From assembly GCA_964016885.1 (NCBI GenBank), contig OZ024742.1:215264001-215328000 (forward strand): DNA of 64,000 bases, read 5' to 3'. Positions 55,097 to 64,000 of this stretch are shown piece by piece. Position 1 is the stretch's first letter. The number at the start of each line of letters is the position of its first letter. The translations under genes and the position numbers were made by a program. Source of the stretch: Eledone cirrhosa. Lineage: Eukaryota. Under the pieces are notes generated by a model. The model was not told where the DNA came from. It searched no databases and saw only the letters and a program-made list of their open reading frames with translations.

Positions 55097-55320
55097 AGTA
55101 ATGGATTCCGCTTTAGGTACAAGGCCAACAATTTTGGTCGGAGAGGGAAGTCCATGGAATTGATCCCAGTGCATTACCGCTCCATTATTTTATCGACACC
55201 GTAAGGATGAAAGAGAAAGCTAACCTTGAATGGATTTGAAATGCGAACGTGAAGGTCCGTCACTCTATACCATTAAGCATGCTGTTCGGCGCTCTATCGT
55301 ATTTCGCCAATCCACCCCCA
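55097..55320 (-). mobile_element. Diverged SINE copy
   Basis: 'ttttatcgacaccgtaaggatgaaag...ggatttgaa...gccaatccacc'. Confidence 0.8.
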
Positions 55321-55339
55321 ATAAAAATAATGATATTAA

Positions 55340-55900
55340 TATTTGTCTCACTTTGTATGGTTTCTCTAACAATCGGTGTCTAGGTGCAGCATCTTAGTTA
55401 GCCACAGATCAGTCCCTGATCTCAGAGGTTCAATATATTGCGTAGGATTCTGGCAGTGCTAATGTCGGTAGACATTTCGGCACTGCTTATGAAGTTGGGA
55501 ATTTCAAGCCGTTTGATAACAGAGCTAAGATGTTTAGACACTGCGCCTAGTGCCCCAATGACAATTGACTTGTCGTTTGCTTCTAGATGGTGATCACTTC
55601 TACATTGTAGACTTGGGGGATCACAATATATAATTAGAGTCCATTTTGGAGGGTTGTTTGCTTTTACAACAATATCAGTGTGGTGGTTTTGGATCTCGTT
55701 TGTGAACTTGATCGCACGCAACTAAAACGACTACACTTCCTCACCTGATAGGCAAGAGTCAAGAAGACCATGTTCGTACCACTGACATTGAGTTTCTATG
55801 GAGTATGTTTTTGCACAACTCCCAATGGGCTGTAAAATCATGTAAAATATTGGTTTGTAACCACTGAGACAAGTATCAGCAGAAGCCAGAGAAAACCCAA
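55340..55900 (-). mobile_element. 3' end of an R4/Dong-like LINE (restriction-like endonuclease domain)
   Basis: AHWELCK, WYEH, IQNHHTDIVV (decayed HNRPDIVV), IVIGALGAV, TARILRNIL. Confidence 0.75.
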
Positions 55901-56304
55901 GAAAAAAATCAGACTGTCAAACTCTTGTGGGATTGTACAATCCAGACAGATAGGCCAGGCATTAAGTTTTGTGAAGAGAGGTAGTGAAAGGAGGTGTTAT
56001 TTGAGCGATGCATCTTCCCTGGAAGACCGTTATATCAAGAGTTAAGGCAACGAGAAAATTGAAACTATGCAGCATTGTGAATAGATGTCAACAGAATCTG
56101 GAATATAATAGCAAGCGAGGTAGTATTTGTGATTGGAACACTCCTTTTACTAACATCAAACAACCTGTGGAAATTACGGTTTATCTGCGATAACATAACT
56201 TAATACGGAGTCGATCATCACTGTGCAAATGGATATGAATAAAATAATAAGAATAATTGTTTCTACGTTTGATAAAAAGGATAACGATTATACAGCAATA
56301 CATT

Positions 56305-58625
56305 TGTAGCAACAGTTGCCTCCCTTGTTGTGACAATCACATCACCAATAGATTAACGCTCTCTAGACAGGAAGTAGCTGGAGTTGCTTCCCGTTGGAGT
56401 AGCAGAGCCCTTTTTGTCCCTTCCGTCTCAGGACCTATAAAGGGAATAACTTTCAGCTCTCTACCTCTCATTTGCCTTTCGGCTCCTGGCCTTCTAACCT
56501 GTGTGGCCCTTCGGCCAGGCGCGTTCGTCTGGCAACCCTAAAATGGCCTCTAGCGAGCTAACTTCAAAACGGTAACAAATAACTTTACTTCATTCTTTCA
56601 TCTACTTTCATTGACTTGTCAACCATTCTGTTCTACATAACTGCAACTTGTTAATTAAACGTTATATACATCAACTGAGCATCTTTGTTGTATTCATACA
56701 ATCCAGTAATCTGTTATAAGTGGTGACCCCGAAAAAAGAAAAATGATAGAATCTGGTGTTGTGTGAATATATATACGAAAATTAATTAGCAGTACCCCAT
56801 TTTCGTTGGAATGTGTCGACCAACATTTCGAATACGCAGAAACTTTATTAACGAACTAGGAAAAATACTCAGACACAGAAACGAACACACGCACATGTGA
56901 AATTCTCGTTCAAACAGACTCTTCTTCTCTCACCTAACGTGATACATTTTTTTCGGACTGGGAGGTTCCTCCGACCTCCTTCGAAAGGGGTTTCTCTCCG
57001 CATGCGCTGTCTTATAACGAACACATCAGAAAAAATTTTTTTCTAAACAAGCAAAATAAACAGATATTTTTGCCTTTCACGCACATCACCTATGTGTCGC
57101 ATTTCACTGGATGTATATATATGTTTTTCGTTTCTTCTTACAACGAACACTTTAAAAAAAAAAAGAAATTTGATTTTTTTTTACACTTTTCAACATGAAC
57201 ATTTATTTTTGCTGAATCTCAACTATTGCTTATTCTTTCAACCAAGTTTTTTTTTCATCGTTCACAAAAAAATTGAACTCGCCATATTTGTGAAGCCTTT
57301 CTTTCTTTTTCATCATATTGTCACCTTCACGCACACATTTTTCAAAATTGCTGCCAACGACCTGTTGCACTATCATATTCTCGCCATTTTTCTTTTCAAC
57401 TTAACCTTGTTTCGGCACGTGTAGGCAGCACACATCTCGACTCATTGAGATAGCACACGCCATGGATAATTTTCTCGGCAAGGATTCTCCAGCCTTAAGC
57501 TATATTCTCCTATTTGCCGGTTTAAAAATTTACCACGTAAATTTGCCGTTGAAAATGCGCATTTATTCAGAATGCTTATTTCTTTAGTCGCTGGCCTCTT
57601 GACCCTTCCAGGTCAACACATTCTCAACATCGACCATCAACGTTGGCTGTTATTTCTAGCCCTTTGCGCAACTCACTTTTTCTGGGAAAATGTTTACTGT
57701 GAATTTAAACATCGAATACGCTCACTCCGCGAGACGACAACAACATCAACAACAACAACACAGCTTCATCAACAACCAAAACCAGCAGAACAAGCCAGAG
57801 AATTTATTTTTGCAGCACTCTTCCTGTGAGAAAATCCCACCCAATTTCACGTTATACCACAGGCCAGAAACCAGCTGCATACATTCTCTGGAGGACGCAC
57901 TTTCTTTCCTGCTGTCATGTGATTGCACACATGTGAACTGTATTTTGAACATTTGAACGTTGACCTCTTCTTTTACTTTGATTACATTGTATCTTTGAGT
58001 GATGGATAGATAGATGTCCAGTCGTTCTCTGGCCAAGAGCGGTTGGCTACCTTGATATCTATCAATGATTTTTGCATGCATATATTTTGCTGTTTTGCTT
58101 CTATTGCAAACATTATTTTTTTCGTAAGTTTCATGCCTGTTATATGCTCGCCATCTTACTCCATATATGTTTCATTCGATGTTTATGTTTTAAAAATCTG
58201 GCGGGGGATAATGTAGCAAGAGTTGCCTCCCTTGTTGTACCGATCACATCACCAATAGAGTAACGCTCTCTAGACAGGAAGTAGCTCGATTTGCTTACCG
58301 TTGGGGTGGCAAAGCCCTTTTGTCACTTCCGTCTCAGGACCTATAAAGGGAAATAACTTTCAGCTCTCTACCTCTCATTTGCCTTTCGGATCCTGGCGTT
58401 CTAACCTGTGTGGCCCTTCGGCCAGGCGCGTTCGTCTGATAACCCTAACATGGCCTCTTGCGAGCTAACTTCAAAACGGTAACAAATAACTTTACTTCAT
58501 TCTTTCATCTACTTTCATTGACTTGTCAACCATTCTGTTCTACATAACTTCAACTTGTTAATTAAACGTTATATACATCAACTGAGCATCTTTGTTGTAT
58601 TCATACACACCAGTATTTTGTTATA
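56305..58625 (+). mobile_element. Non-autonomous LTR retrotransposon (gypsy-like) with 414-bp LTRs at 56305-56718 and 58212-58625
   Basis: Direct LTRs; TSD CATT (56301-56304 and 58626-58629); PBS TGGTGACCCCGA at 56721 (tRNA-Trp); purine tract GGCGGGGGATAA before the 3' LTR; no gag/pol motifs seen inside. Confidence 0.92.
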
Positions 58626-58771
58626 CATTTATATAATTGTTAGACGAAACAACTCCTTTCCAATTTTAAACTCGACACCACAGACTAGTAAACCACCACA
58701 GACTAGTTATCCTAAATGATAAATATTAGCACGAAGAAATAACAGAAATTGAAAGAAAGTTAAAAAAAGTT

Positions 58772-58960
58772 AATAATTGTTTCTACTTATGGCACAAGGC
58801 CAGCAATTACCCAGTGCATTAAAGGTACTTTATTTTATCGACCCCGTAAGGATGAAAGGTAAAGATAACCTCGGCGGGATTTGAACTCAGTCCGTAAAGG
58901 GACGTAACTGTGCTGCAAAGCATGGCGTCCGACCTTTTACCGATACTGCCAATTCACCAC
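58772..58960 (-). mobile_element. SINE copy
   Basis: Full-length match to the family. Confidence 0.9.
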
Positions 58961-59231
58961 CAAAAGAAAGTTAATAATGAAAAGAAAATATCTAACACAA
59001 ATCGAAACATTGAGAAATTAGGACATCAATATAGAATTTACATATCTAGATCGACTAAATGAACATCAAAACAAAGAAGAAATAACAGCAAAAAATGATT
59101 CAGAATAGTACAAACAAACATTCAAATGAAAGTCAGATATAGAATATACCTGTTATGCACCCATGGACCGTATACAACTAGAAACCTCTTTTAAAGTAAC
59201 GATTGTAGGATTACAAAAGTTTCTAATAAAA

Positions 59232-59420
59232 AATAATTGTTTCAACTTTTGGCACAAGGCCAGCAATTATCCCAGTGTATTACTGGTACTTTATTTTATC
59301 GACCCCATAGGGATGAAAGGCAAAGTTAACCTCGGCGGGAATTGAACTCAGACCATAAAGGGCCGTAACTCTTTGCTGCAAAGCATGGTGTCCGACCCTC
59401 TACCGATACTGCCAATCCAC
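59232..59420 (-). mobile_element. SINE copy
   Basis: Full-length match to the family. Confidence 0.9.
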
Positions 59421-60385
59421 GTTACTAATAAAAGATAATGGAGAGTTAATGCAAATACTCCTGAAGGCAAACCAGAAGCTGAATTGACAGATATTTTTGA
59501 AGAGAATGGGAAAAAGTCAGAAACATCTTGAGTGGGGAAAAGGATAATATATAAATTGTAAACATTTTCAGAATTCCCTGTTAAGAGAAAATACTAAATA
59601 GCCATTATACAATAATGCTGAGTAGGGAGTGAACGAATGCATGCAGGGTGTTTTCTACACCCTGTGCACCTTTCAGACAGGCCCAGCTAACGGCACTTCA
59701 GTGCCTAATGCGTTTATACTAAACTGGCGATGCACCCTGATAGTCAAAACAGGCCAGAGATTTCTAGAAATAGTATGTGGCCCCCAGAACAGGGTGATCC
59801 AGTATATTTTCGTTGATGTCCGTAGTTTTCCTGAAAACAACATCGACTTTCCCTGGTACAAACACTCTATAAAACGCAAAAGTATAACGTCCACCGATTA
59901 TATTGCTCGATTTTAATAGTGGAAGACTTACCTGACAAACAATCAATGAAAATCTGGAGAGGTTGCAGTATGAGTTAATAGTTATACATCATCAGGTATA
60001 GCGATTCTAGTTCTCCATAAAATGTTGTGATGGCACCTAATGTTGCGCCCACTCGGTGAAATACGACCCTTCTACGACAAGCGAAAGTTCCGGCACCCCA
60101 ATATGGTCAGAGCTGAAGAGAGAAAGCACGATGTTGTAACAGATATCTGTTCACTATATCTGTCTGACATTTCACCGTTAGCTTCATCCAGGTCCATTTC
60201 TAGCTGAGACTGGCGAGCTTGCTTGTTACCTGATCCAACTCCCTATCAATCTGGAGATATGGAGCTATGTATCCGGTCAGTACAATACTCTTGCACAATA
60301 CTGTTTATTGATATGCACCGGCCTCTCCAACAAGAACATTTAATGCAACACAGCCGAAAACAAAACGTGACGGAAAACACTATCA

Positions 60386-61279
60386 TCTATATATATAAAA
60401 CTGTGGTTGTCTGTCTGTCTATCGATTTTTGGCACACATCTCCTCTTAGAATCTCTGACGGAATTGCACTAAACTGCTATACTTGTACATTGAGCCCTAG
60501 CGAAGACATCGGAAAAAAAATATTTCAAATTGACCCACCCTATGTGACGAAATCGAATATAATGTATCGATTTTTGAGCGTAAGTTATCAGTTATTTTCC
60601 TTTGTTCTGTTTACATTGAGCGTCTTACGTAAAAAATTACGCTGGCTTTCTCAGCGTTTAAAATGACATTAACACAATACACGAACAGTTGTCGAGCCAG
60701 CAAAATATTGACCTGCAAAATTCATCAGTTCGAACACTAAGCTTCCGTTTTGCTTCATTTCAATTTAAAAGCATTTTAAAACAATATTTTTACTTGAATA
60801 CAAGTCTATTTAAAGACTACGTAAAACAAGCAGATATTTCGTCGTTAGGCGTGCAGACAGACAGTCGTGCAGAGAGGTGATATAGGCGTGTAGACAGACA
60901 GTCGTGCAGAGAGGTGATATAGACGTGCAGACGGACAGTCGTGCAGAGAGGTGATATAGGCGTGCAGACAGACATAACTGATAATTTGGTTACGCTAATG
61001 TTTTTCTCTGCGTTGCAGTGTTTACATGTTCGATCTTTGTTAATAAATAACCAGTGCAGTTTCTATCCCCAGCATCCTCTTTTGTTATAACATTCGGGTT
61101 ATCGTTATGTTTTCTTAACTTCATAAGGCATATTGTTGGTTGAGGGAATATTAATCAAAAACACCACATGCAAGTCTTCACAGTAGACACTACAGTTTTT
61201 AAGCCAAGAAAGAAACTTAACATTGTAACTTTAACACAGCTACTGAGCGACCCCGAGCAACGCCGGGCTTTACTGCTAG
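60386..61279 (+). mobile_element. Non-autonomous Helitron
   Basis: 5' TCTATATATATAAAA...(gtct)n; 3' hairpin CCCG AGCAACGC CGGG followed by CTAG; inserted between A and T; no TSD. Confidence 0.85.
60846..60974. repeat. 37-bp minisatellite x3.5 inside the Helitron
   Basis: Unit taggcgtgcagacagacagtcgtgcagagaggtgata. Confidence 0.9.
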
Positions 61280-62994
61280 TAACTGATAAATGTATCGTTT
61301 GATGAATATAGCTCACGATTGTATAGATGCCTTTCCAATTCGAATTCAGTAATGTACTTAAATACTGATATATCAATTGAAAATTAAGAGTCGGCCTTAA
61401 ATATTATCTTAGGTCTTTCTTTTCAAATAATCAAGTATAACGAGCAAACTTGGAAACTCTATATACTGACACTCAATCTGCTAGAAATAGCAGTCAAATT
61501 CTCATATCACAGATTAATAATTTATACAAAGGAAAGACACTTCTGGTAACGTAGACGTATACCTTTTTTTTCTGTAAATTCAAGGACACAGAGTTTATGT
61601 TTATGATTATTATTCTGTGTGATCAGGTTTGAAGGAAGCTAAAAAACACAATCTAAAATACATTGCCATATGTAACGTAGATAGCACATTCATACAAACG
61701 CATAAAATATATAAATGTATTAGAAAATGGCATGAATATTTAGGTCTTTATGTTCTATTTACTAGAAAATAATTGTTATAAAGAAAGGGTAATTGTGTAT
61801 TTATGTAAACATTGAAACCACTATTCTATTATTTTCTTCAAATACACCTGCCAATTTTAAAAGAGTATATCTAATTTATCTAACAGACAAAAATAAATTA
61901 ACAGTGTCCATTTCATGTACCTTGGGAATATAACGTTTAAAGACGATCACAGGGAAATCTGTACTTTCTGATGTCATTACAAATATAATGGTTTGGGCAA
62001 TTAATTGGATTTTTGCCTTTACCTTTGGAAGTTAGTGCAGTACATAAGGAGGAAAGAAGTTATACATTACGACTAGGGTTGAATATGTCTTTCATCCCAT
62101 TGGGATCGATATCATAATTATACGCAATATAGTAGATATATTTAATCGATTGTGTAGCTCAATTAGGAATATAGTACGTTTGCTTAGTCAAAGAGCAAAT
62201 GTGCTTAACTGTGTGTGCGCGTAGAATTTCAGTATATTGTTGTTGTTGTTTAGCTACAAGTAAGTTTTCATTGATCAAATATAACTATGATCAAAGGCAT
62301 TCCTGATATGAGCATCAAATTATTTACGAATATCTACTACTACATTATCGAATACTATTTTTCTTGATATGTAGATTTGGCTACTATGTCTTGCAACACG
62401 AGCGAATGTATAGCGTTTCCTCATTGGTTGGTCAGTATCCCTCGAGCGTGTCTAATCTATGATTGGATTACGAATTCCAGTTTCAGTTATTCCGCCTTCA
62501 GTAACACCCTTCCACATGGTATGGAATTCACATTTTGTCGATAGAATATTTCATAGATATTTGGCTTTGTGCCACAAAAATCAATAGCTAGACTATAGAT
62601 GTTGAGTATTGTAATTTTGAAACAAGACCACATCAAATCAAGCATTGTTGAAATCATTTCATTATACTTTTATCGATAATGCCTTTGGGAATTATTGAAG
62701 TTAGATAATCTCATTTATATTTCGCAATACATTTGAGGTTTTGCACCTCTCTACATAATTTTTATTTCAACAATACTCCAATAATATTCTAAGAAGGCAA
62801 ATTATAAGGTGTAAGTGCGGATTTCGTAATAAATTTAATATAGGAATGTAAAGTTCATTTCATTAAAGCTGTAAAATCTGATTATGAATTAGGGGTTAGT
62901 GTGTGATACATCGAAAACTAACACGCATACAGTAGATGGGAATATACTCTTATGTTGTGTTCGAATGTGTGCATAGATATATACATATGCTATG

Positions 62995-63093
<99 letters not shown>

Positions 63094-63168
63094 AGTATGT
63101 ATGTATACGTACATACATATATGTATACAGACGTACAGCAGCATGCATATATATATATATATATATAT

Positions 63169-63248
<80 letters not shown>

Positions 63249-63298
63249 CATATATACAGGTACACATACTGATACGTGCATATATGTATGTGTACCTG

Positions 63299-63366
<68 letters not shown>

Positions 63367-63476
63367 TGCTGCTGTACGTCTGTATACATATATGTATGTA
63401 CGTATACATACATACTTGCATTTAAGTAAGTGCCGTACTAGGAGTGAGAAGTGAAATTTCGTTTTCATTTTATTGC

Positions 63477-63515
<39 letters not shown>

Positions 63516-63537
63516 TATGTGTATATATATATATATA

Positions 63538-63752
63538 TACAGTTGCCACCCAGTACTCGCGAGGGTTATGTTCCTAGAGCACTCACGACAAGTGAAAAGC
63601 CACGAATTTTAAACGTGGTCCATAAAAATACCTTTAAATGTCACAACATAACGTAAAATACAAGAAAATATTTACGCTTCCGTGAATATGTGGTTGTCTC
63701 CAATTATTAGGTTCTAAGGAAAATTCCGCGAATGCCGGGCGTACACTCTGTG
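63538..63752. mobile_element. Tigger/pogo-like MITE, decayed
   Basis: TA-CAGT...cccagtactcgcg left end; imperfect reverse complement cgcgaatgccggg...ctg at the right end. Confidence 0.5.
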
Positions 63753-64000
63753 TATATATATAAAATGATAATGCCGAGTTAAAAATCTCACAATACTGTA
63801 TAAAGGATCATTGAATATAATCTTAATTCATTAAAAAATTTTTTACTAGATAGGGAAAGCGCTGATGATCATTTTCAGCTTTCGGAGCTACTTAGAAAGA
63901 TGGAAATTGGGTGCATCTTGAAATTCGAGACCCATCATACATGTATACAACAGACTATAATTAGCTAATGGAATTCCTTAGACAGGTGCACTATTTAGCA

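Noticed and set aside
60846-60974. 37-bp repeats as a CRISPR array
   Set aside because: The units are contiguous with no unique spacers, there are no cas genes, and the context is eukaryotic

Overview
AT-rich, repeat-saturated eukaryotic DNA. The SINE family and repeat make-up suggest an octopus or other cephalopod genome (inference). No host gene can be supported, and most ORFs in the track are translations of (TA)n/(CA)n microsatellites. The window contains: (1) a young Penelope-like element (PLE) with an uninterrupted RT + GIY-YIG ORF and a 2-kb fold-back inverted duplication; (2) five decayed Naiad-type PLE copies or fragments; (3) remnants of Tx1/L1, RTE and R4/Dong-like LINEs; (4) a non-autonomous LTR element with a 4-bp TSD and a tRNA-Trp PBS; (5) a non-autonomous Helitron and a Tigger-like MITE; (6) about 12 tRNA-derived SINE copies. 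The main hidden signal is in the short unique-looking islands between TA tracts. They carry about 30 type-I hammerhead ribozyme (HHR) motifs (CTGAnGA...GAAA...NUH), intact or decayed, from more than 10 families. Most are arranged as fold-back palindromes with a family-fixed breakpoint and an unpaired 3' tail. All folds were worked out by eye and have not been computed.
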